From positions 1 through 64,000 of the IMG/VR virus record IMGVR_UViG_3300033068_001847: a stretch of 64,000 nucleotides of DNA. The stretch is one strand, 5' to 3'. Every line of letters starts with the position of its first letter. Position 1 is the stretch's first letter. Both the position numbers and the translations under genes were made by a program. Under the pieces are notes generated by a model that saw nothing but the letters and a program-made list of their open reading frames with translations, searched no databases and was not told the DNA's origin. Origin of the DNA: a virus. Lineage: Duplodnaviria > Caudoviricetes. Below are positions 9,286 through 19,461 of the stretch, piece after piece.

Positions 9286-9836
9286 AACATTCTGTTTTTT
9301 AATGCACCTAGTAGATTCTCAGCCTTAGCATAAAAAGCGGTTTTAGTTGAGATATTGTATAACGTTATATCAACTAAATGATGATACTGAGCATATACAA
9401 TTGCATGACTTGTTTCTGCATCTTCATCAAAAATACCACCGTTATCTAACGGTCTAATTACTTCAACTAGGTTAATCATAGGTCCAAATGAATCTTTCAA
9501 GGATTTAATAAACTTTAATTCAGGTATTCGCCTGATATCAGTAATCACTATTGGTTGACCATTCTTGAAATCATTCAACATATCGTTTTTTATTGCATCA
9601 ATCCAATAAAAAGGATTATTAATACGTTTTTTTTCTCCATGATCTATAATCCCCGGTCTATGAAAATTTTTTCTTTCATTATACATTTCTTCAATAGGTA
9701 AATTATTTTCTTCCGCATATTGATTCTTTACTAAATCACCGAAAGCATATCTCTTAAACCCATTTTCTGTAAGTACTTCACCAACCACATCTTTACCTAC
9801 ACGGGACATCCCCATTATTCCTACTATTAAACTCAT
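9282..9836 (-). CDS. deoxynucleoside monophosphate kinase (T4 gp1-like)
   Basis: GMSRVGKD P-loop, AFGD, ITDIRRIPE. Confidence 0.8.
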   Translation of the reverse strand: MSLIVGIMGMSRVGKDVVGEVLTENGFKRYAFGDLVKNQYAEENNLPIEEMYNERKNFHRPGIIDHGEKKRINNPFYWIDAIKNDMLNDFKNGQPIVITDIRRIPELKFIKSLKDSFGPMINLVEVIRPLDNGGIFDEDAETSHAIVYAQYHHLVDITLYNISTKTAFYAKAENLLGALKNRML

Positions 9837-10039
9837 TCAGTTACTGTTAAATAATTATCTAATGTTACTAACGATTGATTAATCAGAGTTATTTCTTTAA
9901 TTATTTCAATACAATTAAGGTGTCTACTATCTGATATTTCAGTATTTAATAACATTTCTAGTATTTGCTCCTTCTCAGTTTTATCATTTAATAACTTACT
10001 ATAAATTAATTTTATTAATGCTGTAGATCTATCATTCAT
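9833..10039 (-). CDS. hypothetical protein
   Basis: 68 aa; CTTG-N19-TATATTTG promoter at 10045-10075. Confidence 0.7.
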   Translation of the reverse strand: MNDRSTALIKLIYSKLLNDKTEKEQILEMLLNTEISDSRHLNCIEIIKEITLINQSLVTLDNYLTVTE

Positions 10040-10076
10040 AATAACAAATATATTTTAGAAATCATTTTTTTCAAGT

Positions 10077-10781
10077 CTAATTCAATATTATTTTATATTC
10101 ATTCAACATTGATTTAATTTCATTGATTTTATAAACAATGTCATGACTTTCAATTAATTTCGTTTTAGGGTTTATATAATATATCATTAATTTATTCACT
10201 TTTAAACCCTTTAATTCACATAAATAACCATATAACGATAATTGTAAAGTATAATGATTAAAATTACAATCATCCATATACCACAAACCATGAAGCATCT
10301 TGGTTCTCCAAGGATTTTTCTTTAATAATTTCTTATTGGTTTTAAAATCGTAGATGTTAATGTTTACTTTATCTAATTTCTCAATTAAATCCACAGTACC
10401 TGCAATCATAAGATCTAATGAATAAACCATGACCTCCGAAAATAACTTGCCTTCGAAATTAAATTTGGAAAACTGCTCTACAATTTTGGAATAATCTGAA
10501 TCCCTTATTTCACCAGTATTTATAAAATATTCTAACTCTTCATGTACTGCTGTTCCATAAGTACAGGCTTCTTCATTAATTATTTTCCATTTTTCTTTAA
10601 CCTCGTCAACTGTTAAACCATGCTTATCAGCATATTTAGCAGTAATCTCACCAGTAGCGTCAAACTCTGGTTTCCATAGGTGAATAAATTGGGTGCAGGA
10701 TCGTAATGTTTCGTTTGTATCTCTAGTTGAATACCGATGTTCTATAGGATCAAATAATACTGGTTTTTCTTTTACTGGCAT
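10077..10781 (-). CDS. PD-(D/E)xK exonuclease
   Basis: GTAVHEELE, IAGTVDL, IYDFKTNK, YTLQLSLY. Confidence 0.85.
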   Translation of the reverse strand: MPVKEKPVLFDPIEHRYSTRDTNETLRSCTQFIHLWKPEFDATGEITAKYADKHGLTVDEVKEKWKIINEEACTYGTAVHEELEYFINTGEIRDSDYSKIVEQFSKFNFEGKLFSEVMVYSLDLMIAGTVDLIEKLDKVNINIYDFKTNKKLLKKNPWRTKMLHGLWYMDDCNFNHYTLQLSLYGYLCELKGLKVNKLMIYYINPKTKLIESHDIVYKINEIKSMLNEYKIILN

Positions 10782-10829
10782 TCTTATTAAAATAGTACAT
10801 TTCAGTAAAAAATCAAACCTTATAAATAG

Positions 10830-10854
10830 AAAAAAGCCAGATTTCTCTGGCTTT
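10830..10854 (-). terminator. intrinsic terminator
   Basis: AAAGCCAGA-N4-TCTGGCTTT plus U tract on minus strand. Confidence 0.75.
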
Positions 10855-10894
10855 ATACTAAGTCGGCTTGAAAGTTACTGTAAAAGACGCATAC

Positions 10895-13800
10895 TTAGAT
10901 TTTTTTCTTAAATAAAGAGTTATCTACTTTATTACCTTTAGTTGAAACTGCAACACTTGGTTTGTAACCGATAAGTTTTTTCATTCTCTCAGCATCTTCA
11001 TCAATACGTTGTTTCTCTTCTTCTGTTATAAGTAAATCTTCAGTTTCCTTGTAAACACCTTCCTTAATAATAGGTTGAGGATCTTTTGCATACATAGGCG
11101 GCTCTTCTTCTTTTTTCTTTTTTTCAGCATTCTTTAAGATATTACCACCCACTTCACTTGGTAAAACGTTAGCCATTTCACCTGCTGGAGTTTTGTGACC
11201 AAACTGATCAGTAACTGCATCTGTTGAAAGATCTGGATTAATATTATTCTTAAATCTATCTTCAAAGGTTTTACCCGGTTCAATATCATATTCTAAATCT
11301 TCCATTCCTTTTTTAATCATATCAACTTCTGCTGTTTGTACAGAGTGATCAATTGGAATAGCGTTTTCTGAATCAACACCCTTTACTTCATTCTCACTTT
11401 TACCAACAAACTGACTTCCATCAGCTTTAGTAGCTTTGATAGTTTCATTCTTGGTTTTCACCATTTCTGCTTTTGTAATTTTAGCAGTTTCACCGTGAAT
11501 TCTCTTTAAGTTTGCCATTGCTGGGCTAATAGTTAAAGCTTCTTCGTTTATTTTATTTTCCATATTTTCTTCTTCTTGTAATGAACCTATTCTACTTGCA
11601 ACTTCTGGTGAATGAGTGTCATGTTCTACACTTGATTCATATCCCTTAATAGTATCAATAAGTGGTTCAAGCGTTGGGAACGTTTCAAATTCTTTATAAC
11701 CCTTGTGTTTTACAGCATATAATTTTTGATCACCTTTTTGCATAGCACCAATAATATAATTAGAATTATTTATTTTCACATATGCATGGTATGCCCAATT
11801 AGGTGCTTGATGCATTTTAACATTTTCTTTACCAAATGCTTGAACTAACATAGGATAATCAGTTTCTATACTAACACTACTATCTAAATCAGTATAACTT
11901 GCATTTTCCTCATCTACTATATGTTCTGGTTCATGACCTAACGGTGCACTGAATTGACCTGAAGATGCTGAACCAGTAGTTTCCTGCATTGCTGGTTGCG
12001 GCTCTTCTGATGGTATAGCTGCTTTAAATGCTTCTAACGCTTTAGGATCTACTGGTGCATCAGGATTTTCAAAATCTCCATACTCAATTAATATACTTTT
12101 TAAAGTTTGTGATAATTCAGATTCCTTACCATATTCATTGGTTACCTTTTCAAACACATCATATAAATCACCAGTTGTAAAATGTTCTCCTTCTTGACCT
12201 TCAGGTGCTGGAACAGGAGCAGCATCAACTGTACCTCCTAATTCATCACCAATAGTTTCTTGTAATTCTGGAACTTCTTCCATACTTCTATAATTGTTAT
12301 CCATGTTTTGTATTGTTTCTTGTGTTATTTCTTTATCATTATCCTGCATCTCAGCATCAATAGCAGATTGTCTTTTTGGTAATCCTTTAATTGTTCTTTT
12401 ATAGTTCTTCATTAAATGTTTAATACGACCTACACAATCATAAACTGCCCATTCATTCCAAGCTCTGTTATTGCCCATTGGATATATTTCAGGAGTCTCA
12501 GCCTTTCCAAAACGATCTTGGCTATTAATAATTACTTTATTTTTAACTATATCAACATCATAAACAAATTCTTGTTGCCAAGTAGAACTATTATCATATA
12601 CACCTACTGGATCTCCATCTTCATCAACACATTGAGAAATTAAATCATTTAACTGATTCACTATTCTTACTATTTGTTTAGGAACTTTTTGGAAATTTGC
12701 GGGATTTTGTAATGATTGTTCTAAATCCTCATCTACAACACTATCCATATTATTTGATATACTGTTTAATGCCATTTCCATATTTTCTGGAGATGTTTTA
12801 TCCTTATATGAGTCAATAGTATCTACAACATCATGACCAAATCCTAAACCTTTATCTACATCATCAATAAATTCTTTATCACTTGATTTACCATCTAATG
12901 CTTTACTAATAGTAGATGAAATCATTTCTTGTACTTCACTATGTATATCTTCATATAACTTACCCTTAACAACAGTAAATGAATTTACACCTGAAGTATG
13001 TGTTTTATCATTAACTTTAACCACTGCACCACCTTTAAATGTTAATGGTGGATTCTTAGCATGTGAAGGATCTAAGAAATATTTAGAAGAGTATTGACCA
13101 CCAACTGAACCAGTTGTAGTAGTTTCTTCTAAATGATTTTTAGTTAACATTGGTTCAATTTCATGATATAACTCACCACTTATATTATAAGTTTGACCAT
13201 TATATGTTAATACTCTACCACCACCATTTAAGTGTTGTATACTTACTTCAGCAGGGTTAACATTACCAGATGCAAATAATTGTTTTACAGCTTCATCACC
13301 ATCATTGTGGCGTTCACCAGTATCAAAAGTATCTGTACTATATGGCATGTCTCCAATTCCTTCAATAGCTAATGATGTACCTTGTTGAATAACTGGATGT
13401 TGTGGTGTTTCTTCCGCTATACCTTTTGTAATATCCGTAGAGTTAGGATCAGTTCCTCTCATATCTATTTTATTAAGGTTTTTATTATAAGTTACATTAG
13501 TTAATGGATCATGTAAAAAATATTCACCTGTTTGACCAGACTGTAATAAAATTATATGTTGATCTCTTTTAAAATGAGTATAAAAATGTTGTTTCAAATT
13601 AGGGTTAGCTAATATTGCCATTGCTTCATGGTGAGACTCAGGTCCTAAATCCTTTTGTATGAAATTAGATTCACTCTCCAAAATATTAGATGCTCTAACC
13701 TTAATTTTGTTAGCAAACACATCACCTTTCGAAGCTTGTGCTTTATCTAATATCCCTTTTTTACCTTCATCATCACATTTAGCATAATGATGTGCTAATG

Positions 13801-13909
13801 CTGTAATATCTCCTTTATCAATAAATCCATCAATATTGATACCTTTATCTATTAAATTATCTTCTTGAATTTTAATTAATTGAGTTTCTGTTATTTTTAT
13901 CTTTGCCAT
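10895..13909 (-). CDS. large acidic protein, probable virion head/internal protein
   Basis: 1004 aa; KIKITETQL N-terminus, many (I/L)xE motifs, internal ETT-GS-GQ(Y/F)S repeats; TATTTATA at 13917-13924. Confidence 0.55.
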   Translation of the reverse strand: MAKIKITETQLIKIQEDNLIDKGINIDGFIDKGDITALAHHYAKCDDEGKKGILDKAQASKGDVFANKIKVRASNILESESNFIQKDLGPESHHEAMAILANPNLKQHFYTHFKRDQHIILLQSGQTGEYFLHDPLTNVTYNKNLNKIDMRGTDPNSTDITKGIAEETPQHPVIQQGTSLAIEGIGDMPYSTDTFDTGERHNDGDEAVKQLFASGNVNPAEVSIQHLNGGGRVLTYNGQTYNISGELYHEIEPMLTKNHLEETTTTGSVGGQYSSKYFLDPSHAKNPPLTFKGGAVVKVNDKTHTSGVNSFTVVKGKLYEDIHSEVQEMISSTISKALDGKSSDKEFIDDVDKGLGFGHDVVDTIDSYKDKTSPENMEMALNSISNNMDSVVDEDLEQSLQNPANFQKVPKQIVRIVNQLNDLISQCVDEDGDPVGVYDNSSTWQQEFVYDVDIVKNKVIINSQDRFGKAETPEIYPMGNNRAWNEWAVYDCVGRIKHLMKNYKRTIKGLPKRQSAIDAEMQDNDKEITQETIQNMDNNYRSMEEVPELQETIGDELGGTVDAAPVPAPEGQEGEHFTTGDLYDVFEKVTNEYGKESELSQTLKSILIEYGDFENPDAPVDPKALEAFKAAIPSEEPQPAMQETTGSASSGQFSAPLGHEPEHIVDEENASYTDLDSSVSIETDYPMLVQAFGKENVKMHQAPNWAYHAYVKINNSNYIIGAMQKGDQKLYAVKHKGYKEFETFPTLEPLIDTIKGYESSVEHDTHSPEVASRIGSLQEEENMENKINEEALTISPAMANLKRIHGETAKITKAEMVKTKNETIKATKADGSQFVGKSENEVKGVDSENAIPIDHSVQTAEVDMIKKGMEDLEYDIEPGKTFEDRFKNNINPDLSTDAVTDQFGHKTPAGEMANVLPSEVGGNILKNAEKKKKEEEPPMYAKDPQPIIKEGVYKETEDLLITEEEKQRIDEDAERMKKLIGYKPSVAVSTKGNKVDNSLFKKKI

Positions 13910-13929
13910 TATTATATATAAATACTTTT

Positions 13930-14244
13930 TTAATTAGGTTTATTCACTAAACCAGCCTGCCAAAAATTCCTTTTCATCCAAAATTGTTTATATAATTGAA
14001 CTAAACAATTACTGACTATCTCAGTAACTTTTTTTTCATTAGTTTTTCCACCTAATTCTTTTATTACAATATCTCTAATTTGTCTTTCGATATCAGGTTT
14101 CTTAAATTTGGTGTCAATCATTTTTTCAATCGCACTGATATCGGCTTTACTTAATTCTTCAGTTAATATAACGGTATTATCAAACGCTTCAGTTAAATTA
14201 ACTTTGAATTCACCCATCTTCGATATGAACTTAATATATTTCAT
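13930..14244 (-). CDS. hypothetical protein (probable late)
   Basis: 104 aa with LTE/ILTEE motifs. Confidence 0.7.
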   Translation of the reverse strand: MKYIKFISKMGEFKVNLTEAFDNTVILTEELSKADISAIEKMIDTKFKKPDIERQIRDIVIKELGGKTNEKKVTEIVSNCLVQLYKQFWMKRNFWQAGLVNKPN

Positions 14245-14655
14245 TTATTTATATTTAAAGTTTTTAAGAAATTCAGGTACATCAATTAGAGGTAAGAAAG
14301 ATTTGATTTTACTATCATGCTTGATCTGCTCAATATTATCAAACTTGAACACTCCGACATGAAAATCCTTTGAGTATCTTTTAGATACTGATAGATATAC
14401 TTTACCGTATTTATGTTCTAATTCGAAATAGTATTTTATGGTTGAGTTGACTAACACAGTAGGTGCATCAGCTATTAATTCCTTCGGGACACCCGCATCT
14501 TTAAATAATTGTTTTTGAAGGAATTCAATATCAATTATTTCAGACATATCGGACGGAACTGGTAAAGTTTCAATCTCAGGTATAACTGATTCTTCAATTA
14601 TTTCTTCATTTTCAGATACTAATTCAGGATCTTCAGTATTTTTCTTTTTTGCCAT
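14245..14655 (-). CDS. hypothetical protein
   Basis: 136 aa; contains DIEFLQKQLFKDAGVPKELI. Confidence 0.7.
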   Translation of the reverse strand: MAKKKNTEDPELVSENEEIIEESVIPEIETLPVPSDMSEIIDIEFLQKQLFKDAGVPKELIADAPTVLVNSTIKYYFELEHKYGKVYLSVSKRYSKDFHVGVFKFDNIEQIKHDSKIKSFLPLIDVPEFLKNFKYK

Positions 14656-14656
14656 G

Positions 14657-15448
14657 TTAAAATTTAATTAAAATACCAGTACTAACTTTCTTATCAGTAC
14701 CGAAATCTGCTTGAAGCATTATTTTATTTTTGAAAGTAATTGCTCCATTAAGTGTTAGATTTTTATTTACACTAGTAAGTTTAGCTAAATCACTTCTTAC
14801 TCCAAGACCACCGTAAAAATTGAAAGCTTTAACCTTATCTTCTTTAGTAATATATTCTTTAGGAGGTAATGAATTAACTGTTAATGAACTCACCTTAATA
14901 AATTCAGGTGCATCCAAATAAGTATTCCATAAACCATCTTCTTTTTGTGTTAATACAACGTTTAGTTTAATATTAGAAAATGACCATTTTTCAGATAATT
15001 TATTATTGTTGGTATTTAATTCACCATCATATTGTACAAATGAATTTTCCCTAGCAGGATAGAAAGAACTGAATTTATAAATAGAATCTTTTTTTGAAAT
15101 TATATTAGTTTCCTGTTTAGGTTTGAAAGTAAAATCAATATTCGTATTCGATAAGATCCTTTCTTTATTATCTTTAATGTGATTATATATTTCAGGACTA
15201 TTATCTTTAACTTGTTTATCAAGTTCTTTCTTAGTGGAATAATAATTAACCATCTTTCTATATTTTCCTTCTGAAATTTTCAATAATGTATCTCTGCTTA
15301 TTAATTCCTTTTTTAAAATAATATTTTCACGATCTTTATATTCGATCTTCTTAGCCATATAAAAATAGACTGAGAATAAGAAGAAACAAAAGAAGCAAAT
15401 CCAAAAAAATGATTTGTGTTTTGTAAATAACTCTTTTATTTTTTCCAT
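14657..15448 (-). CDS. membrane-anchored protein, possible spanin-like lysis protein
   Basis: N-terminal TM, coiled segment, C-terminal amphipathic beta strands ending in Phe. Confidence 0.45.
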   Translation of the reverse strand: MEKIKELFTKHKSFFWICFFCFFLFSVYFYMAKKIEYKDRENIILKKELISRDTLLKISEGKYRKMVNYYSTKKELDKQVKDNSPEIYNHIKDNKERILSNTNIDFTFKPKQETNIISKKDSIYKFSSFYPARENSFVQYDGELNTNNNKLSEKWSFSNIKLNVVLTQKEDGLWNTYLDAPEFIKVSSLTVNSLPPKEYITKEDKVKAFNFYGGLGVRSDLAKLTSVNKNLTLNGAITFKNKIMLQADFGTDKKVSTGILIKF

Positions 15449-15451
15449 AAT

Positions 15452-15847
15452 TTATTGACTTAATTCATTCGCCCAATACTCAGCCCATACATCATAGTAT
15501 GCTTTTAGCTTTTGTATTTTTTCTAAAGTTTCATTACTTAATTGTGTAGATTCGGTGCTGATATAACATCCTTTTGCGCTATCTAATGAAAAATTCCATG
15601 CAATGCGCTCACTGATAAACTGACCACCAAATTCTATGGTATCATCATAAATATTAAACTTACCAAATTCAACTGTGCCACCAACAGCTTCCCTAAATCT
15701 ATTTTTCTCATCTTCAAGTTCCTCTGGTGTTAATGTTTTTACATTTAATCCTTCATTTATTTTAGATTGTTTTTTAGGAGAATTATTTTCTCTCATTTTT
15801 TCAATCATATTCTTCATGAAATCGTAATCGTTCTTATCTGATGCCAT
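15452..15847 (-). CDS. hypothetical protein (probable late)
   Basis: 131 aa; TATTTATA at 15863-15870; KINE motif. Confidence 0.7.
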   Translation of the reverse strand: MASDKNDYDFMKNMIEKMRENNSPKKQSKINEGLNVKTLTPEELEDEKNRFREAVGGTVEFGKFNIYDDTIEFGGQFISERIAWNFSLDSAKGCYISTESTQLSNETLEKIQKLKAYYDVWAEYWANELSQ

Positions 15848-15880
15848 ACTATTATTATTTATTATAAATATCTACAAATT

Positions 15881-15909
15881 AAAAAGGCATCAATTAATGA
15901 TGCCCTTTT
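15881..15909 (-). terminator. intrinsic terminator
   Basis: GGCATCA-N5-TGATGCC flanked by A/T tracts. Confidence 0.8.
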
Positions 15910-15931
15910 GTTGATTTAAATCAATTCAATT

Positions 15932-16369
15932 TCAATCATTTGAAAAATCTTGTAATCTTTTTTTCTGATTTTCTGTTAAAGATTTCCATCCATTTTTATT
16001 AACCAAATCAAGTAGATCATTTAAATCTAATTCCTGAGTTTCAAATGTCTCCTTATTAAGATTTTCTATTAAGAATAAATCTTCCATTTTATTAACATCA
16101 GGTTGTGTTGTTTTATCAAAATACATATCAAATGTATGCCCTCTTTCTGAAGTATTAAAAATTAAGAAAACATTCTTAGGGTGATCCTTTGATAATCCTG
16201 CTTTAATTTCCGAAAGAGTTTTAACACTAAAGAAATTTATAAAGCTTGTATCTAATATATTAAAAGTTTGATATAAAGGTGTTTCTTTGTATATGTGTTT
16301 CTCAATACTAGGTAATATAAAATCAATTTTCTTTGTAAAAAGAAGTACTGCGTATCTTTTAAGTTCCAT
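15932..16369 (-). CDS. hypothetical protein with C-terminal DUF6576-like motif
   Basis: LNDLLDLVNKNGWKSLTENQKKRL resembles ID.ILDKI...G..SLT..EK. Confidence 0.6.
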   Translation of the reverse strand: MELKRYAVLLFTKKIDFILPSIEKHIYKETPLYQTFNILDTSFINFFSVKTLSEIKAGLSKDHPKNVFLIFNTSERGHTFDMYFDKTTQPDVNKMEDLFLIENLNKETFETQELDLNDLLDLVNKNGWKSLTENQKKRLQDFSND

Positions 16370-16383
16370 TATTATTCTTGTTT

Positions 16384-16866
16384 TTAAGCAAAATACTCAC
16401 CATATTTTTCATTAAAAAAATACTCTCCGTTCGCTAAAATATCAAGTGTATTTAATTGATATTTGTTAATGATCTTTTTAGATCTATTTTTTAATTTATC
16501 AAACCATTCATTAGGTGTTAATCTATAACCATATAATAATGCTTCTTCATTATAATTTTCTACATCACTTGTTAAATAACTAGGTATTAAATTTTTTAAT
16601 ACATCATATCTATTATTTAAATAATATTTCCAAATTTCAATAGATGATTGAGAAAGTTCATCATCGGATCGTATTTCTTTTGGAAAATTATTCATCATAA
16701 CCACATCATGTATAATACCTCCAAATCCTTTTTCACTAGCAACATTGTAAATTACTACATAACCATCCTGTTCAACAACACTAGCATAAGAGATAATCGT
16801 TCTCTTTACATAATTGTACAGTACGTATCTCTCAGCTAGGTGTATAAATATAATGTGGCTTTTCAT
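16384..16866 (-). CDS. GNAT-like protein (tentative)
   Basis: VASEKGFGGIIHD...S.SSIEIWKYY acetyl-CoA-loop-like pattern. Confidence 0.4.
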   Translation of the reverse strand: MKSHIIFIHLAERYVLYNYVKRTIISYASVVEQDGYVVIYNVASEKGFGGIIHDVVMMNNFPKEIRSDDELSQSSIEIWKYYLNNRYDVLKNLIPSYLTSDVENYNEEALLYGYRLTPNEWFDKLKNRSKKIINKYQLNTLDILANGEYFFNEKYGEYFA

Positions 16867-19458
16867 TTAGAATGTAGCCTTAGAAATACTATTTACTTTG
16901 GTAATAGTAACAATATTATCAGCCCACTCTTTTACTAATTCACTATGGGTGATCATGAAAACGTTATCAATCGTTGCACTTACCTTATCCATAAATATTT
17001 TTATGAGTTCAAAATTTTCCATATCAACTGTAGAAAATATTTCATCAATTAATAATAAAGATGGTTTAGGTAATGCATTAATTTTAGAATTAACAATTCT
17101 TATTGATAATGCTGCAATTGTTTTCTCATATCCTGATGCACTGATCAGGTATTGTTTAATTCCTGTTTCATTATCTACTAACCAAAATTCAACTTCATTA
17201 TTCTTCATGTTTATTTCAATCTCAACAGTAAATTCTGCACTATCACGTAAGAACTTCGCTAATTCTAAATTCAATACCGGGATTGAATTACTCATAATAG
17301 TTTTAGATATACCATTCTTCCCAACCATATGGATATATGATAAGAATATTTTGGATATATGTTCTTCCTTTTTAATTGTTTCAATTAAAACCTTATTAGA
17401 TTCAATTGTTACAGTACTTATTTGATTACTATTTTCTAATGAAGTAACTTCACGCTGTTTATTTCGTTCCCTCTGTTCTTCTTCTGTTATCTCAATAGTT
17501 TTATTACGAATTTTGATATCTAGTTCTTTATTTTGATCAATTTTTGTTAAATCCTTAATATAGTTCTTATGATTTTCTTCTTCTTTTACTAATTTAGCTT
17601 CCAAAGACTCTAATTCTACTTCAGATTTCTCTTTTTTAAGAATTATCATATCATTAGCAGAAATCTTATCCTTAACTTTTAACAAATCGTTCATTTTAGT
17701 ATCAATTGTTTCAATTTCTGTAACAATAGTTTTAATATTTTCACGACATGTAAGAATTTTTGAATCTTCCAATCCAATATTTGTATTTAATTCTAATATT
17801 TTAGCATCAAATTCTACGATATTTGCATTTAATCTTTCAATAGATTCATTTATAACTTCTAACAGGGTTTTTTGTTCCATACCCTCAGAAGTTCTGGTTT
17901 TGATTTTTTCAGCATGATCTACTTCAGAAATCTTCTGTCCACATTCTGGACAATTAGTACCTGTTTTGAGTTGGATAACTACGTTTCTTAATCTAGTTAA
18001 TTCACTTTCAACTACAAGTTTATTACCTTCGGTTTCTCTTAACTTACGATCTGTATTTCTTTTCTTCTGTTCCTCAGCACCAATAAGATCCCTTATATTA
18101 TTTTTCTCAGCTTCAATTGCTGAAATATCTTTTTCAATATCACCAATTCGGGTTCTACAATTGTTTTTTAATACTGTCTGGTTATTATAAGTTTCCTGAT
18201 CAAATACTTCTAAATCTGATTTATATTCATTTTTAATAGTTTCAATTTCAACCTTTTTAGCTTCAATCTCTCTTTTTAATTTTTCAATTTTATCTAAGAA
18301 ATATTGTTCAGATAAATTAGATAAGTTGGGGTCAATATCATTATTATAATAAGTAAGGAAATCCTGTTTTTCTTTATTTAATTTTTCCTTATTGTTTTTT
18401 ATAATTGAAAGATCAATATTTAATTGTTCAATTTCTTTAGTATTATTGTCGATGATTGCTATATGTTCATCAATAGAAACTTGAAGATCGGAAGATGAAT
18501 ATTTATCAATTTTAGATTTTAATTTCCATTCATTATAAAGTTTCTTCGCAATTTCTTCTTTCTTTTCATATATTTCTAACCCTAAAAATCTGGTTAAAAG
18601 CTGTCCTCTTTCCGTAGCCTTAGCTTTAATAATATCAAAAATATTATCACCAGTACATACAACAGTCATTAAAAATTCATTGTATGAACCAATGTTCTCA
18701 CGTAACTTTTTATCAGTAGCTTTTCTATCCTCTTCCTTATCTGGTTCTTCATACACGCCCTCATTATTTTTGGTCATGAATTTCAAACTAGTGGCTGTAG
18801 TATAACTTGTTCTATCTTTTTTCCATTTACGTCTTACTTCTCGTTCAACTTTATAATCCACCCCATCAATTACTATTTCAACTTCAATTAATGCAAATTC
18901 AGCATTATTATATTTATTGATTACCTCGTCAGCAGTCTTAGCTTTAGTTGTTGTATTAAACAAAGCAAATATTAAAGCTTCCAGTATAGTAGTTTTACCA
19001 CTATAATTTCTACCTTGAATAAGTGTTAACCCTTTTAATTTTTCAAAATCAAACTCAGTGCGCTCTCCGTATGATAAGAAATTTTCAATAACAATCTTCT
19101 TAACTTTCCATTTATTATCCTTAGTTTCATTAAAATCAACAAGATTTGATTCTACACGCCTATTTAATTTTTTGATATCCTCTATTGAGATATCAATTTT
19201 ATTATCCTTCAACCATGATAGGATAATTTTTTCTTGTACTTCAGGAGTATTAATATTTTCAACATCTCCTGTTTCCAAATTCGAAACACCTATATTAAGT
19301 TTATTAGTAGGTTGAAACTCTACACGTACCGTACTAGCATTATATTTATTTTTAATAAATTTTATTATTTCCTTCTCTTTTTCTTTAGAGTAGTTTTCAA
19401 ATTTATCAGACCATTGTATACGTACACTGGATTTTTCGTTTATTTGCTTACTTTTCAT
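16867..19458 (-). CDS. sbcC: SbcC/Rad50/gp46-like recombination ATPase
   Basis: IENFLSYG, GRNYSGKTT, coiled coil with CPEC zinc hook, SGYEK signature, LLIDE, ITH. Confidence 0.93.
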   Translation of the reverse strand: MKSKQINEKSSVRIQWSDKFENYSKEKEKEIIKFIKNKYNASTVRVEFQPTNKLNIGVSNLETGDVENINTPEVQEKIILSWLKDNKIDISIEDIKKLNRRVESNLVDFNETKDNKWKVKKIVIENFLSYGERTEFDFEKLKGLTLIQGRNYSGKTTILEALIFALFNTTTKAKTADEVINKYNNAEFALIEVEIVIDGVDYKVEREVRRKWKKDRTSYTTATSLKFMTKNNEGVYEEPDKEEDRKATDKKLRENIGSYNEFLMTVVCTGDNIFDIIKAKATERGQLLTRFLGLEIYEKKEEIAKKLYNEWKLKSKIDKYSSSDLQVSIDEHIAIIDNNTKEIEQLNIDLSIIKNNKEKLNKEKQDFLTYYNNDIDPNLSNLSEQYFLDKIEKLKREIEAKKVEIETIKNEYKSDLEVFDQETYNNQTVLKNNCRTRIGDIEKDISAIEAEKNNIRDLIGAEEQKKRNTDRKLRETEGNKLVVESELTRLRNVVIQLKTGTNCPECGQKISEVDHAEKIKTRTSEGMEQKTLLEVINESIERLNANIVEFDAKILELNTNIGLEDSKILTCRENIKTIVTEIETIDTKMNDLLKVKDKISANDMIILKKEKSEVELESLEAKLVKEEENHKNYIKDLTKIDQNKELDIKIRNKTIEITEEEQRERNKQREVTSLENSNQISTVTIESNKVLIETIKKEEHISKIFLSYIHMVGKNGISKTIMSNSIPVLNLELAKFLRDSAEFTVEIEINMKNNEVEFWLVDNETGIKQYLISASGYEKTIAALSIRIVNSKINALPKPSLLLIDEIFSTVDMENFELIKIFMDKVSATIDNVFMITHSELVKEWADNIVTITKVNSISKATF

Positions 19459-19461
19459 TTT

